From a virus (taxonomy: Duplodnaviria > Caudoviricetes), in IMG/VR virus record IMGVR_UViG_3300036783_000105, positions 1 through 49,417 of that record: 49,417 nt of DNA. One strand, 5' to 3'. How positions within the stretch are numbered: the first letter of the stretch is position 1; every line of letters starts with the position of its first letter. A program made the position numbers and the translations under genes. Below, piece after piece: positions 16,904 through 26,136 of this stretch. The notes under the pieces were generated by a model, which saw only the letters and a list, made by a program, of their open reading frames with translations, made no database searches and was not told where the DNA came from.

Positions 16904-17535
16904 TGAACAAATCACAATTTCAAATGGCGGCTGGTATCAGCGCCGGGTTAGCTGCGCGCTGGTTTCCGCATATTGATGCTGCGATGAAAGAATTCGGCAT
17001 CACTTCAGCTATCGACCAGGCGATGTTTATTGCCCAGATGGGGCATGAATCCGGAGGTTATACAACGCTGGTGGAAAGCCTGAACTATGCCGCCGACAGA
17101 CTTGTGCCAACATTCGGTAAACACCGCATTACAGCACAGCAGGCCGCCGCACTCGGCAGAACGACAACGCAACCCGCTAACCAGCGAGCAATCGCGAATC
17201 TGGTGTATGGGGGCGAGTGGGGTAAAAAGAACCTCGGAAATCAGGTTGCCGGTGATGGCTGGAAATATCGCGGTCGCGGCCTGAAACAAGTTACTGGCTT
17301 GAGCAACTATCGCAGCTGCGGACAGGCGCTGAAACTTGACCTTGTTACCCAGCCTGAGCTGCTGGAGCGAGATGATTACGCCGCCCGCAGCGCTGCATGG
17401 TTCTATACCTCAAGCGGTTGTTTGAAATATCCCGGCGATTTAGTGCGCATAACTCAGATTATCAACGGTGGTCAGAACGGTATTGACGACCGACGCGCCC
17501 GATTCCTGAAAGCAAAATCGGTACTGGTGGGGTGA
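16903..17535 (+). CDS. Endolysin, glycoside hydrolase family 19
   Basis: FIAQMGHES, YRGRGLKQVTG, INGG motifs. Confidence 0.92.
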   Translation: MNKSQFQMAAGISAGLAARWFPHIDAAMKEFGITSAIDQAMFIAQMGHESGGYTTLVESLNYAADRLVPTFGKHRITAQQAAALGRTTTQPANQRAIANLVYGGEWGKKNLGNQVAGDGWKYRGRGLKQVTGLSNYRSCGQALKLDLVTQPELLERDDYAARSAAWFYTSSGCLKYPGDLVRITQIINGGQNGIDDRRARFLKAKSVLVG

Positions 17536-17813
17536 TCATGGGAATAGAGGCTATCGCGGGGCTGGTGGTTGTTATCCTGAGTGTCATCGCTGGAGCGTTC
17601 GGCATCGGACACGCACGCGGGACCAGCAAGGCAGAAGCCAAAGCCGATCAGCAGCGAACCGTAGAGAACGCCGCTGCTACCGTCGCCGCGGCAGAACGCC
17701 GGGCTGATGCAACGAAAGGGGCCAGTGATGTACAGGAAGACATTAAGCGTATGGGCGATGACGATGTTGATCGCGAGCTGCGCGAAAGATTTACCCGCCC
17801 CGGTGGTGGTTGA
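17532..17813 (+). CDS. Rz-like inner-membrane spanin
   Basis: N-terminal TM plus Ala-rich coiled coil. Confidence 0.8.
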   Translation: MIMGIEAIAGLVVVILSVIAGAFGIGHARGTSKAEAKADQQRTVENAAATVAAAERRADATKGASDVQEDIKRMGDDDVDRELRERFTRPGGG

Positions 17814-17958
17814 TACCGCGTGCAGTTGGGTGCGGATCATCTACCTGACTGATCATGATATCGACGCGCTGGACATGCAGACGAAGCGAGACATTCTGGC
17901 GCACAACAAATCAGTGCAGGCTAACTGCCCGCAACCAACCGAAAAGGCTACGAAATGA
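17728..17958 (+). CDS. Rz1-like outer-membrane spanin lipoprotein
   Basis: Overlaps Rz in another frame; lipobox IASC. Confidence 0.75.
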   Translation: MYRKTLSVWAMTMLIASCAKDLPAPVVVDTACSWVRIIYLTDHDIDALDMQTKRDILAHNKSVQANCPQPTEKATK

Positions 17959-18227
17959 GCGAAGCTAAACCGCAGGACGGCAGTACCGTTAAGGGCTACC
18001 GCACATTAACCACGGGCGACATTGAGCGGATGAATCGCCTGAAAGATGTGAGTCGTCACTTTTGCAATCTTCTGGATACAGAGCACAATTCCACTATGGA
18101 TGGAGTGGTTAAAGAAGAGTCCGAGCGTAATGAGGCGTTACGTTGCCTTGATATTGCTCGCACCAAAATGCAGGAAGCCTGTATGTGGGCGTGTCGAGCT
18201 GTAGCGCGCCCTGACGCTGATTGTTGA
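17955..18227 (+). CDS. acb2: Acb2/Vs.4-like cyclic-oligonucleotide sponge (anti-CBASS)
   Basis: VKGYRTL...IERMNRLK and IARTKMQEACMWACRAVARP match recalled Acb2 motifs; 90 aa. Confidence 0.8.
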   Translation: MSEAKPQDGSTVKGYRTLTTGDIERMNRLKDVSRHFCNLLDTEHNSTMDGVVKEESERNEALRCLDIARTKMQEACMWACRAVARPDADC

Positions 18228-18286
18228 GTGGTTTCGGTTACTGAAGCCTAAGAATGTACTTAAGCTTCAGAAAAGCAGTCAATCAG

Positions 18287-18457
18287 TTACTTGATAGGTT
18301 TACTTTCTGAGGGAAGGAAAATATTTCCGCAGTATGGGCAGATCAATGTTATATCGTTTTTAATTCTCGACAGGCTATATGTGGACTGGCGAGAGCAGTG
18401 AGGACAGGTGCTTTTTACAGGCCTGAGTGTACGTATCTTGTCTTTGAGTATAGACAT
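18287..18457 (-). CDS. ynfU: YnfU-family zinc-binding small protein (not in ORF track)
   Basis: GAGG RBS; 56 aa with CPHC...LICPYC. Confidence 0.75.
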   Translation of the reverse strand: MSILKDKIRTLRPVKSTCPHCSRQSTYSLSRIKNDITLICPYCGNIFLPSESKPIK

Positions 18458-18900
18458 GGTTTTTATCCTCGTGAGTGATTGCTAACCATACACCACAGGA
18501 CAGTTAATAGCTCACTTTTTAACCTTTATTTTTTTGTGACTATTTTGTTTGTACGGAAGATGGCAACGAAAGATTAAAGCTAATTTCGTCAGAGCAAGGC
18601 CATCGCACCTGTTCGATGGCGAGTGAACCGCTTAATGTTTTTTTAAAGATTTTAATAGTGTAAGCGTGATAACCCCTTGCAGGACAATCATCTGTCTGGC
18701 CAGACTAATTGAATAGTAATTATCGATTAACAAGAAGAACTGCCAATATTGCGTGGTTGCTGGTATGAAAAAAAATGAAACACACTACTCTCATTGCACC
18801 TCCGTCCCAACACCAGTCTGTCGGAGGTCAGTTACTCATTTAGATACATCTCTCCCGGTGGCTCCTGAGAGTTTATTTAATCGATAACTGTGCATGACAA

Positions 18901-18928
18901 AAGGCCGCATCTCTTTTGCGGCCTTTTT
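18901..18928 (+). terminator. Intrinsic terminator (possibly bidirectional)
   Basis: AAGGCCGCA-loop-TGCGGCCTTTTT. Confidence 0.75.
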
Positions 18929-18938
18929 CATAGCCATC

Positions 18939-19097
18939 ACACAGGCCGCTATTCGTGCAGGGTACAGCAAGAAAACCGCTGAACAGAGTGGTTATTAGCT
19001 TCCTTCGGGCATCCAAGAGACGGTAATTGCTGGTGGTGTAGTGCTGGTCAGTATCGTTGATACAGTAATGCCGGACAGCGTAAAGAAAGACAGATAA
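18939..19097 (+). pseudogene. Relic: TerS fragment fused to holin-like C-terminal fragment
   Basis: TQAAIRAGYSKKTAEQSGY* then in-frame LPSGIQETVIAGGVVLVSIVDTVMPDSVKKDR*. Confidence 0.65.
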
Positions 19098-19363
19098 AAA
19101 AATCCCGCCAATTTTGAGCGGGAATGATGTTAATGATTATATGAAGATATGGATAGTACTACGTTAGTGCGTGCACCGAATCCGAAAACGAAGAGGTAAA
19201 TTATGCTTTTCTGTGTCGATAGAGGCCTCAGAAACCAGTGCATGCTAACTATCCAAGGGAACCTATCAATAATGAGTAAGCTCATGATGGTCGATTAACG
19301 GATCATGTGAGGATTGTTCGTGATAAAATTCAAGCGGTATTGTTTCTTAAAGGAATTCGTGAT

Positions 19364-19549
19364 GTGGGCGTGCTAATTGACAGTGCCCTTAAAGGCTATC
19401 TCTTTCTTTTATTGGATATGTGGCCGGTGCTGCTTGTTGCTTTCGTGGGGTTAGCTTTCTCCTTTTATGGTGTTTTAATGCCGAAAACAGCAATCACTTT
19501 ACTGTTACTTGCTGTAGTAATCGGAATTGCCGGAGGGATTTATGCATAG
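19364..19549 (+). CDS. Small membrane protein (start uncertain)
   Basis: Two hydrophobic helices; terminator at 19608-19631. Confidence 0.6.
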   Translation: MGVLIDSALKGYLFLLLDMWPVLLVAFVGLAFSFYGVLMPKTAITLLLLAVVIGIAGGIYA

Positions 19550-19656
19550 GACATGCCACGATACTTTCTGACTACCTGTGCTTCGCAAAATCAAGTTATG
19601 AGTTCAGAGCCTCGCAATAGCGGGGCTTTTTATTACCAGAAGAAGAAGGAAATACC

Positions 19657-20040
19657 ATGTTTACAGTTAAGACTATTATCAACGGCGTGACCCACATCTG
19701 CGAACAGCCGAGTGTGACCATTGCCCGCGCGGGGTGTGAGCGTTTCGACGATATTCTCTTGCAGACAAACGATCACTCAAACCCTGATTTCGCTATCTGG
19801 CTGCCAGGTGTCTATTCAGACCCACAATGCACAGATGCGCTTCAGGAAGAAGAGTTAATCGTCAGCGAGCGCGAGGGTGTTCTGGATGAAGATGCCATTG
19901 CCATTCTGGTAGAAGACTTCGAAAGCCCTGAGCACGCAAAGCGCAAGGCATTCGACGGTGTTCGATACCAGTTCATCTATCCCGGCGACCAGGTATATGT
20001 GATGAATTCCCACGGCTCAACCATCGAAACGGTTAAGTAA
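19657..20040 (+). CDS. Hypothetical protein
   Basis: AAGGA RBS; 127 aa. Confidence 0.75.
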   Translation: MFTVKTIINGVTHICEQPSVTIARAGCERFDDILLQTNDHSNPDFAIWLPGVYSDPQCTDALQEEELIVSEREGVLDEDAIAILVEDFESPEHAKRKAFDGVRYQFIYPGDQVYVMNSHGSTIETVK

Positions 20041-20111
20041 GGCATTACAGCAGGCATTCACTGAGTGCCTGTGATAATGTTTCAATATGTGAAACTATCC
20101 CTGGGAAAAAC

Positions 20112-20351
20112 ATGAACCAAGTCATTCTTATCCTTGAAAACGAACCGCCAAAATTAATTAACGTCGCCGAAGGAATCAGATCAATTAGGCAACTGCTTCC
20201 TGACGGGAGTGAGATTGAAGTTGAAATCATGCACACCCACATAAGGCCAATGCATGGCGAGCCATTGACTTATCTTGTGGCAACCAACATTGATGATCTT
20301 TCTCCTGGTGAAATTCGACAAGCTGCAGAATCACTATTTCAGCAGGGTTAA
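20112..20351 (+). CDS. Hypothetical protein
   Basis: 79 aa; palindrome at 20042-20079 upstream, terminator 20380-20404 downstream. Confidence 0.65.
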   Translation: MNQVILILENEPPKLINVAEGIRSIRQLLPDGSEIEVEIMHTHIRPMHGEPLTYLVATNIDDLSPGEIRQAAESLFQQG

Positions 20352-20430
20352 AGAAATATAGTTTTACTTGGCTATCACAAAGGCCACCTACGGGTGGCTT
20401 TTTTAATGGCTTTAACTACAGGAAAAGAAC

Positions 20431-21462
20431 ATGGCAAAACCGGACTGGGAGGCCATCAGACGCGAGTATGAAACTGATGGAGTATCAGCCCGGAAGCTGG
20501 CGGAAAAATACGGCCTCAGTCATACAGCGATAAACCAGAGGGCAAAGAACGAGGGCTGGCAAAAACCTGCCAAAAAGATTCCAGAGAAGAAGGTTTCCAC
20601 CAGGAAGGTTTCCACAAAAAAAGTGGAAAGCAAAAAGGCGGAAATACGGAAACCGGAAACGAGGAAAAGGCCGAAGGATGCTGATGAACGGGTTTCATTA
20701 CTCGCAGGGATAAAGACAGAAAAGGATGAGGATCTTTATTCATTTGATCCAGCAGATTTCGGCCTTTCGGAAAAGCAGGGGATTTTCGTTGAGAATGTTG
20801 CAGCAGGGAAAAAACTCGTCGATGCATATCGGATAGCTGGATACGAAGGCGAGGGCGCTTCAGCGCATTCTAACGCTTCGCGAATGATGAGAAATGCCAG
20901 GGTTTATCGTGCCGTGAGCTATTTGCGTGATAAACGCCAGCAGCGCCTTTCTCTAACTGAAGAGGAGATTATTCACCAGCTTTCAGCGATCGCTCGTGCC
21001 AACCCGAATGAACTGATTCAGTACAGGCGTCTGAACTGCCGGTATTGTTGGGGCGAGCATCATCTTTACCAGTGGAAAGATATTGAAGAGTTCGACAGGG
21101 CAGCGGCGAAGGCCAGTAAAGATGGAAAAGAACAGCCAGAGTATGGAGGCCTTGGCTTTGTTGAAACAAGCTTCCCTAATGAAGATTGTCCTAAGTGCAA
21201 CGGCGAGGGGGTAGGGCAACTTTTTCCTACTGATTCCACCCTGCTTGAGGGCGATGCTCGTTGGTTATACGCCGGAGTAAAACAAACCCAAAACGGGTTA
21301 GAAGTTCTTATGGCTAATCAGGAAGCTGCCCGGCGCGATTTGCTGAAATATCTGCAATACCGAGAATCCGTAAAAACGCCAGATCCTATGGTGCCTGGTG
21401 AGGATTATCAGTTAACAACTCTTACCCCGGATGAACCAACTCCAGATGACCCGATCTTATGA
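20431..21462 (+). CDS. Terminase small subunit
   Basis: MAKPDWEAI HTH, AYRIAGY motif, CRYC/CPKC; precedes terL. Confidence 0.85.
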   Translation: MAKPDWEAIRREYETDGVSARKLAEKYGLSHTAINQRAKNEGWQKPAKKIPEKKVSTRKVSTKKVESKKAEIRKPETRKRPKDADERVSLLAGIKTEKDEDLYSFDPADFGLSEKQGIFVENVAAGKKLVDAYRIAGYEGEGASAHSNASRMMRNARVYRAVSYLRDKRQQRLSLTEEEIIHQLSAIARANPNELIQYRRLNCRYCWGEHHLYQWKDIEEFDRAAAKASKDGKEQPEYGGLGFVETSFPNEDCPKCNGEGVGQLFPTDSTLLEGDARWLYAGVKQTQNGLEVLMANQEAARRDLLKYLQYRESVKTPDPMVPGEDYQLTTLTPDEPTPDDPIL

Positions 21463-22759
21463 AGATTTGGCCGTCACCCTAACTCCCAAGCAAGCAAATA
21501 TCTATGTCTGGGGCTGGCAAAGAAAAGCCCGATTTCGTGATGCTGTCTGTGGTCGCCGTTTCGGTAAAACATTTCTCGGCAAGGCGGAGATGCGCAGAGC
21601 CGCCCGTCTTGCGATGAAATGGAATGTCAGCATCGAAGATGAGATCTGGTATTGCGCTCCAACACAGAAACAGGCGAGGCGTGTTTTCTGGCGAAGGCTA
21701 AAGCAGGCGATCCCCCGGCACTGGAGGGCGAGCAAGCCAAACGAGTCTGACATGGTTATCACTCTGAACAGCGGTCATATACTGCGTTGCGTCGGTCTGA
21801 ATAACTATGATGATTTGCGTGGTTCCGGCCTGTTCTTTGTGCTGGTGGATGAATGGGCTGACTGCCCGTATGCAGCTTGGGAAGAAGTTATCCGCCCCAT
21901 GCTGTCAACCTGTAGGTATACCGTGAATGGCGTAACGTATGTGGGAGGACATGCGCTACGTATAGGCACACCAAAAGGGTTCAACCATTGCTATGACTCC
22001 TGGCTTGCAGGGCAGGATGAGCGAGAGCCTGATCATAAAAGTTGGCTTTATACGTCCATTCAGGGTGGCAATGTGCCACCAGAAGAGCTTGAAGCTGCCA
22101 GGCGGAAAATGGACCCGCGTACTTTCAGGCAGGAGTATGAAGCCTCTTTCGAGAACTACCAGGGCGTTGTCTATTACTGCTTTGATCGCCGTAAAAATCA
22201 TACTGATGAAACCGTTAAACCAGGTGAAGCGCTGCATATCGGTATGGACTTTAACGTGGGGAAAATGGCGGCAGTGGTTTACGTTCTGCGTGACGGCCTT
22301 CCTCTCGCTGTAGATGAGTTCATGGATGTATTTGATACTCCGGCAATGATTGAAGCGATTAAGACGCGGTACGAGGAAGGGAAGCACACAATCAGTATTT
22401 ATCCCGATGCTTCAGGGAAAAACAGGAAGTCCAGCAACGCCAGTGAGTCGGATTTTTCTCTTCTCTATGATGCCGGATTCACTGTGCTGGTTAACGACAG
22501 CAACCCGGCAGTAAGGGACAGGATAAACGCGGTCAACTCCATGCTGTGCAATACCTACGGTGAGCGCAGGCTGAAGGTTAACACGGTAACGTGTCCTAAA
22601 TTTACACAATGCCTTGAGCGACAGGTTTATAACGATAAAGGCGAGCCTGATAAGAAAGGCGACTTTGACCACGGCAATGATGGCGGTGGTTATCCAATCG
22701 TGTTCCTGTTCCCTGTCAACGCTACAGCGTTCGATATCACCCTCGATACGACATTCTGA
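21446..22759 (+). CDS. Terminase large subunit
   Basis: GRRFGKT Walker A, LVDE Walker B, GTPKG, IGMDFN nuclease. Confidence 0.95.
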   Translation: MTRSYEDLAVTLTPKQANIYVWGWQRKARFRDAVCGRRFGKTFLGKAEMRRAARLAMKWNVSIEDEIWYCAPTQKQARRVFWRRLKQAIPRHWRASKPNESDMVITLNSGHILRCVGLNNYDDLRGSGLFFVLVDEWADCPYAAWEEVIRPMLSTCRYTVNGVTYVGGHALRIGTPKGFNHCYDSWLAGQDEREPDHKSWLYTSIQGGNVPPEELEAARRKMDPRTFRQEYEASFENYQGVVYYCFDRRKNHTDETVKPGEALHIGMDFNVGKMAAVVYVLRDGLPLAVDEFMDVFDTPAMIEAIKTRYEEGKHTISIYPDASGKNRKSSNASESDFSLLYDAGFTVLVNDSNPAVRDRINAVNSMLCNTYGERRLKVNTVTCPKFTQCLERQVYNDKGEPDKKGDFDHGNDGGGYPIVFLFPVNATAFDITLDTTF

Positions 22760-22760
22760 T

Positions 22761-24161
22761 ATGGCAAATAATGATATTACCTTTGTCCGTCCTGAGGTCA
22801 GGGCGGCGCAACCCGTGTGGAAAAAAATTCGTGACGTGTGCAAGGGGGCCGATGCGGTTAAGGCCGCGGGGAATGAATATCTGCCCTTTCTGGACCCCTC
22901 CGATAAGTCTGCGCGTAACAAAAAGCGCAATGCCGATTACATTCAGCGTGCCGTTTTCTACGCGATAACGGGCAATACAAAGGTCGGTTTACTTGGCCTG
23001 GCGTTTCGCAAAGACCCGACCATGACCGCGCCGGATAAGCTGAATTATCTCCGTGATAACGCCGACGGTGCTGGAGCCAGCATTTATCAGCAGTCCCAGC
23101 AGGTCACCGAAAATATTCTGGAGGCCGCGCGCGAGGGGTTGTATACGGATTATGCGGCTGAGGCCGACGAGGCGATCATTCTTCGCTATCAGGCGGAGAG
23201 CATCATTAATTGGCGTACCAAACGCATCAATGGACGCGATCAACTGGTACTGGTGGTTTTACGTGAGTGCATGGAAAAGCAAGATGGCTATGCATACGAG
23301 GACGAAATCCAGTATCGCGAGTTGGCTCTGGAGGACGGAAAGTTTATCTGCAGGGTGTGGCGAAAGTCGGCTGACGCGGGTTCTTTTTCCGTCAGTTCCG
23401 AGTATCAGCCGAAGCCAAAAGGTGAGGAGTTCTGGGATGAGATCCCCTTTACCTTTGTTGGCGCACAGAATAACGATCCTAGCATCGACGAGTCGCCTTT
23501 AGCCGCCCTTGTTGAAATTAACCTTGGGCATTATCGGAATTCGGCAGATTACGAAGACAGCGTGTTTTTCTGCGGTCAGGTTCAGCCGGTGATTTCCGGG
23601 CTCGATAACACCTGGCGTGACTGGTTGCAGGATAAGGGGATTCGTGTTGGTTCTAGATCTCCTCTCCTATTGCCTAAGGAAGGAAGTTTTACTTATGCGC
23701 AGGCGGAACCAAACACACTGGCTAAAGAGGCGATGGATAGTAAGCGTGATTATTCTGTTCAACTTGGCGCCCGGCTTATTGAACAGAACAGCGCGGTTAA
23801 AACCGCCACGCAATCCAGCAGTGAGCAAACCGCATCTACATCAGTGCTCGGCATTTGCGTTTCCAATGTTTCTGAGGCCTATACGCTGGCGCTCGGCTGG
23901 TGTGCCAGATATCTCGGTATTAAAGACGAGAGCTACCGTTACAGCATCAATCAAGAGTTCATCGCTAAAGTTGCTGAATCCGGCATGGTAACGGCGATCG
24001 TTAATGCCTGGCAGTCAGGCGCAATCCGCGACACCGACATGGTCAGAGCATTGCAGAAACTTGACCTTATCGACCCTGCTGATGACCCGGAAACCGTTAT
24101 TGACGCTATGCGCAACGGCGCACCTAACCTGATAGGTGGCAACAATGGCAACGGCGAATGA
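22761..24161 (+). CDS. Portal protein (DUF4055-type)
   Basis: Size and position after terL; YLP, IPFTF motifs. Confidence 0.85.
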   Translation: MANNDITFVRPEVRAAQPVWKKIRDVCKGADAVKAAGNEYLPFLDPSDKSARNKKRNADYIQRAVFYAITGNTKVGLLGLAFRKDPTMTAPDKLNYLRDNADGAGASIYQQSQQVTENILEAAREGLYTDYAAEADEAIILRYQAESIINWRTKRINGRDQLVLVVLRECMEKQDGYAYEDEIQYRELALEDGKFICRVWRKSADAGSFSVSSEYQPKPKGEEFWDEIPFTFVGAQNNDPSIDESPLAALVEINLGHYRNSADYEDSVFFCGQVQPVISGLDNTWRDWLQDKGIRVGSRSPLLLPKEGSFTYAQAEPNTLAKEAMDSKRDYSVQLGARLIEQNSAVKTATQSSSEQTASTSVLGICVSNVSEAYTLALGWCARYLGIKDESYRYSINQEFIAKVAESGMVTAIVNAWQSGAIRDTDMVRALQKLDLIDPADDPETVIDAMRNGAPNLIGGNNGNGE

Positions 24162-25257
24162 CAAGCTGCAGGATGAATCCTTAGCGCACGCAATCTGGGT
24201 GAGTCGATACAGCACCGGCGTTGCTAACAGGATGATAAAAATCCTGAATGAGAGCGATGCAGAGCTTACGGCCCGCTTGCTGGTGGCTATTGATACCCTC
24301 GACGCTGACAGCTTCACGGTGACACGTCTGGAAGCACTGCTTGTTAATGTCAGAGCTGCAAATCGGGATGCTGTACAGGCTATGTATGCAGGACTCTCAA
24401 CCGAATTACAAAGCCTTGCTGAGCATGAAGCTGGATATCAGATGAGTCTGTTTCAGTTCGCTATTCCTGATGACATTCTGGAACTTCACCCGCTGGTGGG
24501 TATTTCTCCCGATGCGGTGTATGCCGCAGCGATGGGGCGACCATTTCAGGGGCGTTTGTTGAAAGAATGGGCGACCAGTCTGGAAACGGATCGCATGATC
24601 CGTATCAACAACACAGTAAGGCAAGGTTTTTTGCTCGGCGATACGCATGAGCAAATAGCCAGAAAAGTACGCGGGCACGCAAGCAGAGGATATCAGGACG
24701 GTGCTTTGCAGATGAGTCGGGCCAATGCCGCCAGTATCGCAAAAACGGCAGTAGGGCATCTTGCCGCGACAGCGCGAAAAAGCTTTGCCACGGCGAACGA
24801 CGACATTCTGAAGGGGAAACAGTGGTTATCTACCCTGGACAAAAAAACATCTAAAGAATGTCGAGTGCGTGACCGTCTCAAGTACACACTCGATGACAAG
24901 CCTATTGGTCATAAGGTGCCGTATCTTCAGGGGCCGGGCAAAATTCACTGGTGCTGTCGAAGTGTAGAAACCTACATCCTGAAATCTTCAGATGAGCTGG
25001 GGATCAAAGTTGGTGAGGTGAAGGATAGTTCTCGCGCCAGCATGGATGGTCAGGTTCCATCAGAGACTACATATCAGGAATGGTTTTCCCGGCAATCCTT
25101 CACTCGTCAGTCCGAGATCGTTGGCATTACACGAGCCAGGTTAATTCGTGATGGTGGTATGTCACCGGATGAGTTCTACAACGACAAAGGCGAGTGGCTG
25201 ACCCTTGAACAACTGCGAGAGCGTGACGCGCAGGCGTTTAAAGACGCTGGGTTATAA
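24145..25257 (+). CDS. Minor head protein (SPP1 gp7/Mu F-like)
   Basis: WLSTLD..TS..C and HWCCRS motifs. Confidence 0.85.
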   Translation: MATANDKLQDESLAHAIWVSRYSTGVANRMIKILNESDAELTARLLVAIDTLDADSFTVTRLEALLVNVRAANRDAVQAMYAGLSTELQSLAEHEAGYQMSLFQFAIPDDILELHPLVGISPDAVYAAAMGRPFQGRLLKEWATSLETDRMIRINNTVRQGFLLGDTHEQIARKVRGHASRGYQDGALQMSRANAASIAKTAVGHLAATARKSFATANDDILKGKQWLSTLDKKTSKECRVRDRLKYTLDDKPIGHKVPYLQGPGKIHWCCRSVETYILKSSDELGIKVGEVKDSSRASMDGQVPSETTYQEWFSRQSFTRQSEIVGITRARLIRDGGMSPDEFYNDKGEWLTLEQLRERDAQAFKDAGL

Positions 25258-25339
25258 AACTTAATTACTCTCAAACAGGCTGCCTCAGGGCGGCTTTTTT
25301 ATTGGGCGAGGCCCAAAGCAACTATCCCAAGGGGAAAAC

Positions 25340-26125
25340 ATGATTATTCGTAACATGCTCATCAAATATTATTCAGCAGCTGGTGGTGAAGGCGGTGACG
25401 GTGGTGGCTCTGGCGGCGGTGCGCCTGAGATTACGCCGGAAATTCAAAAGCTGATCGACGAGCAGGTGAGCGCTCAGGTGTCTGGTCTGAAAGCCAAAAA
25501 CTCAGAGCTGCTGGGTAAACTCAAAGAGTCCAGCGATTCACTAAAGCGTTTTGATGGCATTGACCCTGACGCAGTTAAAACCATTCTCCAGCGTTTTTCG
25601 GATGACGAAGAGGCAAAGCTAATTGCAGCCGGAAAAGTTGATGAGGTACTGGACAAGCGTACTGAACGGCTACGCGCTGATGTTGATAAGCAAATCAAAG
25701 CAGCTAATGAACGCGCAGATAAAGCCGAAGCGTTCTCCAATAAGTTCCGGGATCGTGTTCTCGGTGATGCTATCCGGGCAGCGGCCTTAAAAGCTGGCGC
25801 ACTGGCTGAAGCATCTGATGATTTGATCCTGCGTGCCAAAGGCATATTCCAGCTCAACGACGAAGGCGAGGCCGAAGCGGTTGATGCAAATGGCGATGTT
25901 CTGTTCGGCAAGGACGGTAAAACTCCGTTATCCCCTCTGGAATGGGCTGAATCTCTGAAAGAGACGGCCCCGCACCTGTTCCCGCGCGCCGAAGGCACCG
26001 GGGCTGGTGGTCATAAACCTGGTGGCGGTGGCGGCAGTCTGAAACGTTCAGAAATGAGCGCCAGCGACAAAGCGGACTACATCCGCAAGCACGGCCAGCA
26101 GGCCTTTCTCAAACTTCCGAAATAA
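25340..26125 (+). CDS. Capsid scaffolding protein
   Basis: Coiled coil with Gly-rich ends; directly before MCP. Confidence 0.75.
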   Translation: MIIRNMLIKYYSAAGGEGGDGGGSGGGAPEITPEIQKLIDEQVSAQVSGLKAKNSELLGKLKESSDSLKRFDGIDPDAVKTILQRFSDDEEAKLIAAGKVDEVLDKRTERLRADVDKQIKAANERADKAEAFSNKFRDRVLGDAIRAAALKAGALAEASDDLILRAKGIFQLNDEGEAEAVDANGDVLFGKDGKTPLSPLEWAESLKETAPHLFPRAEGTGAGGHKPGGGGGSLKRSEMSASDKADYIRKHGQQAFLKLPK

Positions 26126-26136
26126 GAGACTCCTCT

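Noticed and set aside
25474-25998. Long antisense ORFs over structural and early genes (also 6890-7450, 22412-22930, 31138-31560)
   Set aside because: Ser/Arg-rich reverse-frame shadows of well-supported genes
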